A stretch of DNA of 64,000 nt, from NCBI GenBank assembly GCA_051362555.1, contig CM120644.1, positions 5,526,954-5,590,953 of the forward strand. Direction: 5' to 3'. Shown here in pieces: positions 24,851 to 39,684 of this stretch. The stretch comes from Lingula anatina (taxonomy: Eukaryota > Animalia > Brachiopoda). A program made the position numbers and the translations under genes. A model generated the notes under the pieces. That model searched no databases. It worked only from the letters and a program-made list of their open reading frames with translations, and had not been told where the DNA came from. Numbering within the stretch: position 1 is the first letter of the stretch; each line of letters begins with the position of its first letter.

Positions 24851-26858
24851 GTATGTTTCTATTTCTATTTATTTATGTAATTTCTTGGTGTAAACTATAT
24901 AGGACAAGCGTTACTAAAATGTTAGGAACGCACGTCCCATTAGGACGTGTATTACTACACGTAGGACTTGCACTACTTGGGAGCCTTCGTCCTACGGACA
25001 TTGAATCCTAGTAACGTATGTCCTAGGACTTCCATTCCTAACAATGCATGCCTTAGGACTTGCATTCCCAGGACTTAGTGTCCGGGCGGACTTGCGATAC
25101 GAGGACGTGCACTCCTGCCACACCGGCAACTGACTGGCTAATTGGAAGCGCAAGATGCGCACCCTATTTAGGGCCTTCGACGTAAGCAGTGGTTGCTGTA
25201 CAGCAGAAGATATGGAGGTGGCCGGCAGAGATACTGCAGAGTACATGAAACTTGACGGTATATGTATTAATTTTTGTCTAAAAAAATGTTGGATTCGTAT
25301 TTTAATTGTAGGCCTGTTTGGTAATGTAAATGGTACTTACATGTAATGTTTCTTAAACATATTATTATATATTTTTCTAAAACATATTAGAAACCTATTT
25401 TATTTTTGCACAAACATTCCACATGCTTATGTCATTATCAGCGAAAGTCAATAAAAAAATACCAACATTCTCCAGTAGTATTTAAATATGTACATACATT
25501 CATGCATTTTATTTTAAACGTGCAGTACTGTATATACATGTATTTCAGAAGAAATTCTAATTGCTGTCAACCAACCGGCTTAAATGTCTGTCACGCCTAG
25601 TATAGCTGTTAGGGGGTAGTTATCTTTACCCCTAGCTGATTCGGTAGGCGTGACATAGATTTAAGCCTGTTAGTTGACAGCAATTAGTGAGACTCCCCAG
25701 AAAGATAGATCAATCCAAATATCTGTGGGAACCAATGCGTTTACCTAGTTGAGAGGTTTGATTTCTAAAGATTCGACAGGAGAACGTAAAGGCACATAAA
25801 TTGAGGATGAGTTCGTGCAAAATCACCTCATCAGCATGAAAGAAAGCAAGTTCCGAAAAATATGGTTTGATATGCTTTCTTTAAGATTTCAAATGATGGA
25901 TATTGATGTAGATACATTTGTGTCTCTAGATGAACCTGCTTTTTCTACAGTTTCAACATCCCTTCTGAGCATTCAGATAAAATATTTGACATCATGGACA
26001 CTGACAATGACGGCTTCATCTCCAAGAAAGAGTTTGTTCACGCACACACTGAATTTTAGTCTACAGAAAATACTGACAACAAATACAATGAATGCTTTGG
26101 TCCGCTCACTGACATTGAAAATTGAAACGATGCTTTCTATTACCAGTTACCAGATACTTAAAATGATAATTCGGTTCATTAAAAACGCAATATAAACTTA
26201 AATGTGACATGGAATATTACATACCAATGTTCTAGACGAACGTCCTAAATATACTAAATATATGCGATTTATTAAACTAACAGAAACAGTTGATGCCGAA
26301 TAAGTTAAAGCACAAATTGAACAAAGTCATATTTGGATCTCAGTACGTACTGTTGCAACAGAATAAGTATAGAAACTTGGTAACATACAAAATGATTTTA
26401 ACAATTGTTGAGGTTGAGGGTGAAATTTTTGTTGTGAGACGATAACAGCAGTACATAAAATTTATACCATTATATCTTAAAAAAATAAATTTTAACAGTG
26501 ATGTATTTCAAATATTCCATATATATATATTATAGATCTGTGTTTACATGCAGTCACCCGTACCATTGTTATTGAATATACAGGGTATTGTACAGTAAAA
26601 TATGAATTGACAAATTTAACCATTTGTAATATCCTTAACAAATATGTAAAACGGCCAACCATATAAAGTCATCCACGGTGGAATGAGGGGTTGAAAAAAA
26701 TGTCCATTCACTGAGTTAACAACAAAAAGCGTGACAGCACTTTGAACGCAGCCATAATTAAGCCACAGTGTTTAAACAACCTAGATTTGTGCTGTTCTTC
26801 CATCGCCTTGGTTGTCGTCACTTGCATTAGTATCTCCGTTCTCAGTGGCACGAAAAGG

Positions 26859-29800
26859 CTACTTATCACATGCGTCATTGAAGAACTCCTCGACGTAGAG
26901 CCGCAATGGCGACCAAAGCGACGGTTCCATCTCCCCCCTCTTGAGTTTCATGAGCTGTAAGAATCACAAAAATATTTTTAAAAAACACATCCATACCTTG
27001 TTTCAAAGGCTACAGCATTACAAAGAAATTTGGCGTTTGATTGGTTGAAAGCTTGGCGTGATTCTTTGGTTTCATTCTTTCTGAATTAAATTCATAAGAC
27101 AAACAGGCCGCCGGGAATTTTCAGAATTAATCCATACAAAATCATGAAATAGTTTTCACAAGTATATACGTCAACTCACTTGGTGTCCATCCTCAGTATC
27201 TGTATCTTTCTTTCATGGCAAAAAATGAATACTTCGCTGATTTAAATTTTTTGCTTAAATCAAACAGTCAAATAAAAGTGCCATTTTAAAATAGTGTTTT
27301 ACCTTGGGAATCAAAAGCAACAAAACCGTAGTTATAATAGCGAAGAGCGTGAAGCCAGCTACGACTCCAAAGTTGACACTGGGCTCTTCTTGTACGAGGA
27401 CACCTACTGGAACTCCGACAACAGTCGCCAAGGCAATGATAACCATAGCAAAACCAACCAGACTGCTGTCACCAGTATCTGTCTTCACCGTCATCACCCT
27501 AGAAAAATAAGAAACTAATGCAAATATTACGTTATATCAAATAGCAGTATAATAATATAAGTAGAACCGAAAGTTGTATCCATGACGTAGGCAGAAACTA
27601 CAGGCCCTACAGGGAATACAGTAAAAATTTCTGAAAGTAAACTTGAAACATTATGTCAATAATGTGTTTCCATGTTGTGTCTGACATGATTCGAAGGTTT
27701 GAAAGTGTTCTGGATGCGACAGATAGTGTGTTGGATGTTACGGTGTACATATTGGTTCACGTACCAGGTAGGCCAGGCCAAGCAAACAGAGACCAGCAAC
27801 AGCAGACCTTTGTACACGATAAACGCAATGGTCCAGCCCATAGCGCTCCCGCTGTGACATTGGCGATAGAAGGTCTGATACCGCACCATCTTGGCACCAT
27901 CTCTCTAATATTGAGAAGGAACGGGAGTAATATTATATTCAAGACAAACTGTGAGACAGCAGCTGAGCTAATGTACTGGTCGCACATGTGCCACCTTTGG
28001 TACAATATCAAAAAAGTACAAAAGCAATGTGACTTTGAAAAAAAAGACCAATTACCAACCTGATAAGTAGTTGAGTCAAAAAGCAATATCTTCTCTTTCA
28101 CAAAGTACATATACATCGTGGAGACCACCAGTATGGTCAACTTACAATTTCGGGTAAAAGCCTATCTTGCACCACGAGTGGGTCAGTCAACTGCCAGATT
28201 AGCAGCATCAAAATATCAATACCCAACAGTACGGCAACTCCAGACAGCATGCGCAGTTCTACTTGCAGACCCTGGCAAATATATATTGTACATAAAGATC
28301 CGAAAAGAACAACTGCAATCGTAACATTTTAGTTTGCCACATTTAAGATGAACAACATAGGCCTACAATGTACGTGGATATATGTGTGGTATATGTAGGT
28401 ATATATGAGTGGCATATATGTGAAATAGCACGGGCTCTGCAGCTGTAATTAAAGCATTTAATATAGCTTGCTTTGTTGATAGTGGATGTGTCTGCTTGGG
28501 TTAATCCTTGTATTTGCCTGCAATCCTTTCTATGTGAGTGTTTTGGATTTCACGAGATGTGACAGCCTGCTGTTCGTGAGATTTAAGTGGATGCACAGAA
28601 TGAGTTGACCACTAAAAGTCTTAGTCATTTTTAGTTAGCTAATAACTATTGCATTGTGTCCCACATGCAGTGTGCTGAATACGACAATATCATGTATGCG
28701 AGAATTCAACAGCTGTGGCAGCATGCAAGATGTTAATAAAACGCTGCGTTTAACTCAAAGCAAAAAATTACATTAATGAAAACTCACCCAATCCTGCTGA
28801 TAACGAAAGAGTCGATACACTCCCCACATCTTCAGCAGCATGGTACCGAACGACAGTGTAAACCCAGTCACAAACAGCCAGACAAAGGCATTGCATGGCG
28901 ACGACAACTCTGTCGCATTGCCTGGAACAAATCATCTGGTTTTAGAATATATGCCTATGTATAGTATGTAATGCAACTAAGGTACCGTTTAGAATAGGGA
29001 CTAACTAGTCAGGGTCAAATTTGGCCGACCCACTTGAAAACTTCCTGACGGGATTAACTATTCAGTGTCTGTCAGAGGATACGATGACCAGCTTTGTAGT
29101 GGGTCGCCATCAGACTATGTATGGGGCATAAAACAAATGTGATAATTTTTTAATGCAACACGGTAGAAGACACCAACACAGACTAAAAACGGGTTACTAA
29201 AATTCACAGCCCGCACAGAAGTGTGTTTCTTTTAAACAAGGTAGCAAAGCTGTCAAATGTACAGACGAAAAACAGAAAATAAAGATGCAGAAAATAGGTC
29301 ACCTTGTCAATTTTGATACAATAATAAATAATGCTTATAACAGCACAATCAATCAACACTAAAATTTAATTATGTACAAAAGGTAACATGGTCAATAAGA
29401 TTACAGTTTCAAGACCATGAGAGTTCAAATACACATAATGAAAATCTCAATATCTGAAAAATGTTGACAGGCCATACAATAATATTACAAAATGTTTAAA
29501 GACATAAAGAACAATACTGTTGCTTATGTGGAAAAACAGAAAATGTACAAAGCTTCTACTGGATGGGAGTTAAAAGTCACATCTTGAAGATGCCAGTGTT
29601 TGAAAAATAATTTTAAAAAAACATAACAAAAATCTCCAATAAAGCTGTTATTCAAACTTTTAATCTAGCTGTATTAACATGGTATGAACAACCCCATTGA
29701 GTTTGAGAAAAATATGGCACTTTTATTCATTTAAAGCATTAATGTTGGCGTTGCACAAAATAGTTTTTCTTTTGTAAACTTATTTGCAATATTGAACAAC

Positions 29801-30341
29801 ATTTACCTTCATAATTATCATCAATTCCTAATTATGTGACACTGTTAAGTGAGCTAAACCTATGGGAGTTTACAGGGAAATCTCAACATGTGTGTTTTAT
29901 GTAATCTCATTTCTTGGCCATTTGAAAGTTAAGTAGGTAAGTGGCTTAATAGCTCTGAATTTAGACAGTAATTACCCAAGTGAAAATTACACACTGACCA
30001 CTATCCATATAGCATCATACAGCACTCTCTGAAAATGAACCTTTCATACAGAACAGCACTGCTTCCAAAACAGAACATTGATTTTTCCAACAAAAGCTGC
30101 ACTTCAGTCCTATAAACCTTTTCAGTAAGTTTGAGAATCATAAGTAACATCCTGGCAGCTGTGTCCAAAATAAAGTTTTCTTCAATTTTGATGCAACATT
30201 ACATTTTGCTTAACAGCATAATGACAATTAAATTTTAATAATGAAATAAGAGCATCATGGATATTCTGAAAATGTGACTTCTTCAAGCCCATGGAAGTTC
30301 AAAGGCACACTTTGAAAATGGCGATATGTGAAAATTTTAAT

Positions 30342-30389
<48 letters not shown>

Positions 30390-32061
30390 AAAAAATCCAG
30401 ATAAGTTAACCATTAAGATAGGTCTACCATATAAAGCTTTATTTTAGTCATATGTTACTTTTCTGTTTGAGAAGAGCAAGTGACATGGTTTTCCTTTAAC
30501 GACGGCGACGGCGACGACAGACGCAGGTGATGGCTATATGTTTGGTGACGGTTAGATGTGTCTGTACATAAAAAGATACATTGAAATCGACTTGCACGAA
30601 TGCTCACCTTGAAAAATGACACCGACAGCCAGGAAGATGCATCCCAGTGCAATGACGCTGTTCATCAGTGGCCATGAGTTTTGAATTAACCTTAATATTA
30701 AATTGTATTGTGTTAGTTGTGATCGTGTTTGTCGTTGTGACAGGAATGGTAGTCCTGGGAATGGAAGTCCAGGATATAGGGTCCCATATGATCAGTACAT
30801 GTTAGGGTAAGTCGTAGTATTGGAGCTAGAATACGGGACGAATGTCATCTGTACAAAGTAATTGGAAATTTACTGTCATTCCTGTCACACCTGTGCTTCT
30901 GCAGTCAGAAAACATATGAATGACAATTAGTGCAATAAAACTTAAAATATCATTCCCATGTGAACAAAAATTCTTGAAATGGATCGCTTGTTGGATTCAT
31001 TTCAGATATTAATCTATGGTTGATTAAATTTACACACTTAATGACAGTTAGGTGTACGCATTTCTGCCAACACTGGTTCCAATACGTACTGCGTCTTCCA
31101 TTTGACGATCGTTACTAAAAGGAACACAACAGTGATAACAATTGATATCACAGCGATCACAGTAAAGGTTATTTTTAGTTCATCTGTGACAACCAGTACT
31201 TTTCGGACCGTCCTGTACCCAGATTGAGGTATGGAGCCACCTATGGAGAGAAAAAAATAATGCCTTACACAGCTGCTCAGAACACATCGGGTGATTATAC
31301 ACAGAACTATTAACAAGACAGCTAGTCCACTTGGACGACCCGCCACCCTCCAAATAAATAAATAAATAAAGCCCATGCGAAAGCTGCGTGGACATCAAAG
31401 CCAATCCCAACATGGATTCTACAGATGGCTTCCACTGTGCATCAGCAGGGAAGTTAACATTTTAGCTGAAAAAAATCACTGTTTATGTAACTTTCCTTGC
31501 CGAAACGGAATGTTTTTCCCTATTCTGTTAATTAAAGACAGACGCAAATAAATAAACGAAGGCGAAAATATGAGGAGATAGATCTATGAAGTCGACATAC
31601 TGCTTGGGTTCAGACAATAAAATATTGGTGAATGAATTTCAATATAAGTTTGGTAATAAGTGCACTCAATATGTAGAACAACCGCAGAACGCACCATGAG
31701 AATACCACAGGTCACTAATCTTCCCCGACAACGTGATGTTCCGGGATTTCTGGTCATAAATACCAAACAATATAGCTGTACCGTCTGAAATCAGAAATAG
31801 GATACCAATTAATCATTGATTCTAGGATATAAATAACTTTACATGTAGGGGGGCATAGATAAAGAACTAGATGCACGCATGCATCCCTTCTTCTTTATTA
31901 CACTCACACACTCGGGGAAACGCACACACAAACACAGACGCACTAAAGCAACTGAATTCCAATGTATGTTTAAAACAATTTCTCCACGGTTGTTGAATGT
32001 TTCGGCATGGGCTCACTGGTGTACATGTTATTTTTGGTATTGCGTATTTAAGCAATTAAAA

Positions 32062-32095
<34 letters not shown>

Positions 32096-35000
32096 TGAGT
32101 GTTTGTTTGACCGGTGGCAGTCGGGGAGGAGGTGGTTGTGTGTGGTTTTATTACATTACATCTGGATGCGTGCTAAAAACCTACTTCTTATTTGCTCCAT
32201 AGACAGCCAGCTCATTCGACTTCCATGTGGTGAGAAAGACACAGGACCCTTGAAAGAGAAAAAAATGTCATGATGTTACATAAGCAATAACTTTTTTTTT
32301 TTTTTGGGGGGGGGGTAGGGTAGGTTGAGCACGTGTGTCTCCCTTATAGTGTAGCTTACAAGTTACTAATGTAGTACTCCTTCTATATATCTCCCATGAA
32401 AGTATAACTTTCGATCCGAGACAAAGTCAGGCAATGTTCCATCTCTGTGCTCTACAAGTGAAAATCATAGAAAATGATTTTGTCTTTGACCCCACCAGCA
32501 ACTTACGGAATAGTTAATAGAAGTAAACAATGATTTCACTCCAAATATGTCTCTCTGGAATTTGAAAATACATTAAGAGCTATGACTTGCCTACTGTTTT
32601 TTAAAGACGATAATAGCGAAAACACAAAACAAAGCCCCATTTCAGTGAATCTTGTCAACCAACTCTTCACTTACACTATAATACATCTGACAAACCTTGA
32701 AATACTTACCGACGCACCGAAGAAGTTGGTGCGATTCATTTCTGGCACCAGAGCATCCGTCACCGTGCCCAGATCGGTGTACTTGAAGTTGGTGATTACT
32801 CTTGGCGGAATACGAGGAAGACTCTTGTTTAAGGCCAATGCAGCCGCCCATATGGCATCATAATTCACTTGATATAGTATTCTTCTGGTGTCGTCATTGA
32901 ACCAAGCCTGTTCTTTCATTTCCCTCAAAATTTCTGCATGATCCTAAAAAAATACGCGCCCGTGTATATACATATATAAAAAACGTCGCTTGTCGACGGA
33001 ATTTACTACTCTTTAAGTTCATAAGTATTCCATCTTAAAGAGATTATGTTTTGTTCATATTATGGCTTGAAACGCGTGCACGATATGTATATGTTTGTGT
33101 GCGTGCGCGTGCATTGCTTCTGTGTGTACCTTTACTGTAAATGGCCGTATTGGTTCATATCCAACTTCGCTAGCATGTTTAGCTTCAGCACGGAATATAA
33201 TGAACTGCCCTTCTGCCGCTTGGACCACCTGCTCTGCGTTGCAAGAGAGTTGCCCTTTTCGATGCATGTTGGATGCTAAGTTGCGGTAATCTTTGACGTG
33301 TTGCACCAAAGTCAGCCACACATATTTCTTTCCAATCAAACCATATTTGTATGCCTGTTTGAAAAAAAAAACAAAACATGATTAGCAAACCACATACTAT
33401 GTCAAATATATGTTCTATGTCATTTTAAAAGGTGAGGAATATTGTGTTGGATACAGAGCTGCCATATACAGATGCTATCATACGGTACATGTACCCTGTA
33501 TCACTCTATTTCCCCTTTCAAAAAAACAACTTAATCTAACACTTTAATCTTTCCAAAGGTTAGGCACGACTTTCAGGGGGAGACACAAGAGGGTCAATTT
33601 TGGTCTGCTCCAGTCAGTCTCCGCCATTGATTTGATTAAAATATATGTCAGCAACAGCAAATAAAAACTGATAGCAAATAAAAAGAGAAATTGTAAGTAC
33701 AATTGAAAAATGCAAAAAAACTAAATACAATGGCATTTTTATAGCATTTTCATTCCCAAGAAGTGTTGCGTGTAAGCGTAGCCAGTTACACTTCGGATTG
33801 GATTGTCGTTGTCTAGCTACCGAAGTGACGGGAAGTCCGCTAGGAACTGTAGGTCGTTTCCAACTACTAAATGTACAGGTGACATTCGTCCCATTAACAT
33901 GTACTAATCCCAAGACTCCGACCAACCCAAACCTGTAGTAATCATATGGGAGCCCGGACTTCCATTCCTAGGACTACCATTCCTGTCAGACAATCCACTC
34001 AAAAACATATCCATCTGTTCCTAACCCGGCAGACAGTGTTTATAAAACTAGCGGGATATCTGTTATTTGGCGGCTCGTTGGTTCAGTCCATAACACGCAA
34101 GTTGTGCGCTATCATTTTAAACTTACCTGACAAAACACATGGCAAAGCGATGAGCCCTGTTTGTTACTATGATGCATAATTACCCTTGCGTCCAGTTCCT
34201 AGAACGACAGAAAAAACTGGCTAATTTTATATGAAGGCTATTGATTGTGTACCAAGTAGGGCAAATATAGGAGAAAGACACCACTGAACACAAAGAATGA
34301 TGCATCTCTCCCATTATATCTTGGGAAGCTTAATTTGGCTAAGTTTTAAACCAAGAAATTCGTATTGTAGTTAAAATCCATTCACTTAGGCTTAAAGCCT
34401 CACCTTCAGTTTTTCCATCACTTGGCCCAGCTGCTCTACTCTATAGAATACAGAAGTGACAATTTCTATACCCGACTGTCTTAGGAGAATTTCCACTTCT
34501 TTCGACATCTACTCGGAAAAGAAAAAGTAAACACAGTTGTTCTTCAAAAAATCTAATATTTCTTCAAACAAAAGTATAGGTTTTGCATGCAGACAAACAG
34601 CAATTAAGCCGCCAAAATGTAAAATTCGTTTTACTTATTAATAGCATCCGTTACATGAGACTAATTTGACATTTCATGCGTGACACCCAGGCAGATAATA
34701 ATACTTGAATTCCTATAAAGGCAAAGCAATATTATGCTGTCAGTCCGCTGGAAATGTTAGTACCCACTTACCTCTGTAAACGACCTCTTGTCCTCCGCAA
34801 GCAATGCCACGCGGGTCCAACCGAAGCGCTCGACAAAATCCACTTCTATGTTTATAACGTCTAGCAATGCGCCGATTGTCCGGTACAAGTATGGGAAGAC
34901 GAGTCTTTGGGATAGTATGGTAGACGAGCTTCCGGTCGAAATCTGCAATATACATGTATCTATATAAGGATCTATTCAACATGATTTTGGACCTAGGTGT

Positions 35001-36473
35001 ATTCCCAAAGAGGTGGGCGGAGGCAGTTCTCTGTGCTGTTCATAAGCAGGGTCCACAAGATAACATGGACAACTATAGAGGTATACCCATATTGATTGTA
35101 TGTAGCAAAATATTGACCAAAATCATGAACAATAGGATATAAAAATGGGCAGAAAGGTCGGGTAAATTACATGAAAGCCAGTGTGGCTTTAGTACAGGTC
35201 GGTCAACTATTGATCAAATATTTACATTATCCACATCCAGATCAATATGAAAGGTTAAATACTTTTTAAAATTGACCGCACAAATTGGGACACTGTGATT
35301 TTAATCTTAGTCTGTTTACATTTTGTTTAAGTGTATCATACCTGTGTCATTTTCAGTTTCCCCGTGATCTCTCCTATCACATCCGTCTCAGTGATGCTGC
35401 CGTAATGGAGCAGTGCCATGACAGGAGGGTCTGTTTTTGACGTCATCAGATCTTGGAGCTTGGCCACGGCGTTTCCAACATGATATACAGATTCCTTTGC
35501 AGGCACCTTCAGATAAAAGAAAACAATGGCTTAATTATCAGTGCACTAATTTTTTCAAAGGTAACTACTAAGTAGCTACTGCAATAATGTCACCTGTAAA
35601 CAAGCCTATATAGTCTATATAGTGCGGGTAAACAAGCCTTTATAGTGTAAACAAGTCTATAAAGCCTATATAGTGCGGGCCTACGTGCCTTAGCGTTCCT
35701 TTCAAACTACAAGAAATACATGACTGAACTATTTACAGTGCTAAAAAGGGAAAGGTGAATTGTACATACAACATTAAAGACAGATGGAAATGTTTGAAAG
35801 ATGGTGTCGAGTCTAGTCGACTGAGGCCCTATTTTTAGAGAAACATTGTTGGGTCGGTTCGCCGTGAGAGACTTACAACTTAAAAGTTGCAATCATTGAA
35901 ATATTTTTACCATTACGTGAGAAATTCATCTCAACAGAACCCCCACGCCCGACGCCCCATTTTAATTAACAGCAGCAAACTTGTGAAAGGGGTAAAAAAT
36001 CCCTGTAGAGTAATAACATTTAGGTGCGTCACAAAGTCGACCGGTCCAGTTATGTTTTAACAACTTAAAAGTTGAAGTAGTACCTGTTTAAAACATCTAT
36101 TATCAAATGAATAATTTTACAGCTTTTCAAATTGTGCACTTTCTGACATATTTTTTCTGCTTTCATATTGAAAATAACAGATTAAAAATACTTAAGACAG
36201 ACTGAAATTATATTCATCCTTGATTCACATACCAAAAAGAATTAATTATGGGTTAACTCCACTCACCGAAGTGTTTTTGATGACGAGACGCAGCGTGTGC
36301 CCTGACAGCACTTCGGGATGGTTGTTGATGTCGTTGAGGGCCAGCTGAACAGGGCCATACATTTGCTCGTTGGGCGTGCCAATCGGAGTGAGCATACCGA
36401 AGTAAATATCAGCGCCTTCAGTAACACGGAGACACAGGCCCAATAACAGCGCAATGTTGCCAAACACTTCCAT
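26859..36473 (-). CDS. GABA-B-receptor-like class C GPCR, copy B (complete, 16 coding exons, ~752 aa)
   Basis: Exons: 36267-36473, 35342-35506, 34772-34942, 34404-34508, 34127-34198, 33130-33354, 32710-32943, 32185-32248, 31695-31784, 31090-31240, 30608-30690, 28788-28921, 28146-28271, 27765-27904, 27303-27498 (..TTVLLLLIPK), 26859-26954 (LMKLKRGE..DACDK*). They sum to 2259 nt in one open frame with all GT-AG introns. Architecture is signal peptide + Venus flytrap + 7TM with a short C-tail. Confidence 0.9.
34962..35232 (+). mobile_element. LINE reverse-transcriptase fragment in copy B intron 2
   Basis: LFNMILDLGVFPKRWAEAVL..HKQG..DNYRGIPIL..KILTKIMNNRI..ESQCGF..GRSTIDQIFTL is the typical non-LTR RT N-terminal region. 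Confidence 0.8.
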
Positions 36474-36666
36474 TTTCAAACGCACAAATTCGTATAACAA
36501 TCTGGTCGTTGCACAGTGTCCGTACGACAGCGTTTACCATCTGATAAACTTCGAAACGGTAATCTGCAGTTTGAAGATATATCATGGAACTTAAGGATAA
36601 AAGTGACTTGTCAATTTGTAGATAATACTTCATTCTACTCAATGCCACTATTTTCACAAAAACACC

Positions 36667-36949
36667 CCCTCACGAAAATTCAGTAGTATCGAAGTGGCAA
36701 AGAAACATTAACGCAGTAGTGGTGTAGAGCATATTTGCAGTAGAAATGCAGTATAGCCTACTGCAATTCTACTCCAAAAAGTACATAGGTTTGTACAGAG
36801 AGGAGCATTATTACAGTAGATTAGCAGCCTGATAGAAGCATGTTTCAAATATGCTAATTAGCTCCCAAATCGAAGCAGATTTGAAGCATGTTTGCAGTAT
36901 GATTGCAGGAGTCTACTGCGATGGAGTATCTACTGCGTTTTCATGCGGG
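36667..36949. mobile_element. MITE, paralogue of 17009-17291
   Basis: Near-identical sequence at the collinear position. Confidence 0.75.
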
Positions 36950-38008
36950 TATCATTATTAAATATGTGTCTGGGATTGTATAACACCAGGCTGGCAGCTC
37001 CATGTTCAACTTTTGCATGTTTTTCTCTTGCTAGGGGGTCTTGTTGACCTGGTAAACTGGTTAACTTTGATATCTTTGCTAATTCAACACATATTTAAAA
37101 ATTGGAGACCCATTCTTGTTGATACCAAAGAGGGCTATCGAGTGAAGATGTCTACACATGTTCATTTGTAGTGGACTTCTAGTTTTAAGGGTATAAAGGT
37201 CATACTGAGATCACCTATTAAGCGTTATATCTCCTTACGTTCCGATTACATAATTAAATAAGGATATGAAATAAAAATCTGTTGAAATAAGCTTTCTATC
37301 GATATGCAACATGTTGGTATATTTTGGCTGGTTAAGAAGATAGCCACCCTGTTAATCGGAACCTTAAGCTATTGTTAATCGGTGTTGAAAATCAGAATAA
37401 CGTAAATAAGACAAAAATCCACAAATATATAATAATTCATGTCGCCAAAGGTACCGATGAACCTAATGAACAGACCCATTAAAATGATAACATTCATTAA
37501 TCAATATCATTACATTTTTTAAAAACTTTTTATTAAATATCAATTCATTTCATATTTTATATCACAGTATTATTGATTACTTTGTAGAGTTTACTTAACA
37601 TTTAAATGGATTTTAGACTTAATATATTTAACATTTAATAATTAATTATTTCAATGTCATTCTCACTTTGATAAGTTTACAACAGATATATACACATTCC
37701 TTCTCACTTAATTTATATCATTGTAAAATATTCGCCTCTGTCTTCCAATACAGTTTGCTGGGGAGCCATGAAGTAAGGGCCCTTTACAATGTATGCTGTA
37801 GGTGAGCTATCTCACTTAACTCTATATAATTGACAATAAAGCGTAACAAAATAACTACAATGTAGACATTTGATAATAGTAAAGTCACACATATGTATTA
37901 AGGTGCACAGAAAACTGGATGATATTTCTGCTCATGATGTGATCCTGATTGTAAATGTAAATTGGACATTGTACTTATGAAATAATGCTTTATTCGGACA
38001 AAACTTAC

Positions 38009-38140
38009 CTTGTTTGTTCTGCCTGATATCTGATCCAGCAATGAGACGTCTTAGAACAGGTTTCGCCCACGGATATATTGTCACTATCAATGTCTCTATG
38101 GAGACTGAGGTGACACAAATAAAACTATCCAATCACAACC
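38009..38140 (-). promoter_or_regulatory. Putative non-coding first exon with CCAAT box upstream of GPCR copy B
   Basis: CAAG|GTAAGT donor at 38009/38008 and CCAATC near 38129. Homologous to the blocks at 18360 and 58437. Confidence 0.55.
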
Positions 38141-39629
38141 ATTCTTAATATAACCATACACTAGTATGTCACTGTTAACGGTATAGCTCTATGCAAATCA
38201 TGATTTACATTACACTACTTGTTTTGGGCAAGGGTTAAGCAATTCTGCTTGGCTTAAAGACATTTTTATGGCACACTATGTAGAATAACGATGCCAAAAC
38301 AATCATTGCATCTGATAGCTCTATCTACCTCTCTTTAATGTCGGATTGGGTTGATGCGGTTTTTTTATAATCTCCTTCTTTTCTCTTTGCTCTCTCTCAT
38401 CACTTCAGCTAGCTGCCAATCACTCTTATTTTCACACATATCATTCTCACACACGATCTCTCTCTCTCTCTCTCTGTAGAGTGACAACAGATATTAAATA
38501 TATCGACTGCAAATATTTACCAGTATATGTTATTTACTACGGATGATGACAAGTGAAACTATTGGAATAAAAATCCACCAGAATGAGGGCATCACGTTCG
38601 TATACATGAAGTTTAGCTGGCAATTACCCATCTTTTTCCTTCTTCTTGCTCTCTCATTAGTTTGTCTAACTCAAGCACGACCCCGTCCCCTCCATCTGTT
38701 CCTCATTTCTCTCTCTCTCTCACACACACACATTGGTTCATATCTTGAATAAACCATTTACCAATATTCGCAGTTTACCATTATAGATAGGTGAAACATA
38801 ACATTAATCGTACTGGAATGTGGGCAAATGCACTTAATTGTTTAATCCCATTTCACGGGTCTCAGCACAGCTGACTTGTAACCTGACACAAAATATTCAA
38901 CATAATTTAATCGGCCATTATGAATACATGAGGACAAAATCTCAACACAAATCTAATTGAGATTATGTGGTAACTCAATTAGGCGAACATGTGTCTTTCC
39001 CCACTGTAGGACCTATAGGACCTACTGACCAAAATCCCATGGGCTCCAATGAGACATATATCCAAGATATGAAGGACGTTTGATAAAATTCGATTTAGAC
39101 CCTGAAACTCACTACCAGAGATCCATCTACTGCTGCTTTTGCAAAATCGGTTGAAGGTACTTGAGCAATATTTGAGACTGCTAATACAACTCGACGACAT
39201 CATTCATATGGGGTCCGGAAGCAAATAAGACCCTAGCTTCAGAACCCTAGGACCCTAGCTTCAGAAGTTTTAAAACAATCTCGAAATAAAAAGTTGAATG
39301 GCAAATCTACCTTCTTGGTGGATACCCTGTAGTATGGTCCAAGGATGATTTTCACAAGATATTCACAGATATGTCTATGTCTTATTTCTGACACAATCCT
39401 CCGTCATAATGTTCACATAACTAATCTGTGCCCCTGGTAAAGGGTTCATGGTCAGACGGATGTTCTCAACCATTGTCTAAAGGCCTGCATGTCCTACGGT
39501 CAATATCGGAAGCATACCCACGTCAACCAAACCACCATCATAGATAATAATTATTATTTTTTAATTTTTGTAGTTATTGTAGGATCTTAGCTCAGTTGGA
39601 CTGACAATTACCGCCACCTCTCACCACCC

Positions 39630-39684
<55 letters not shown>

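Noticed and set aside
25815-26195. 126-aa ORF as a gene
   Set aside because: Non-ATG start, no recognisable motif and no splice context. Possibly decayed repeat.
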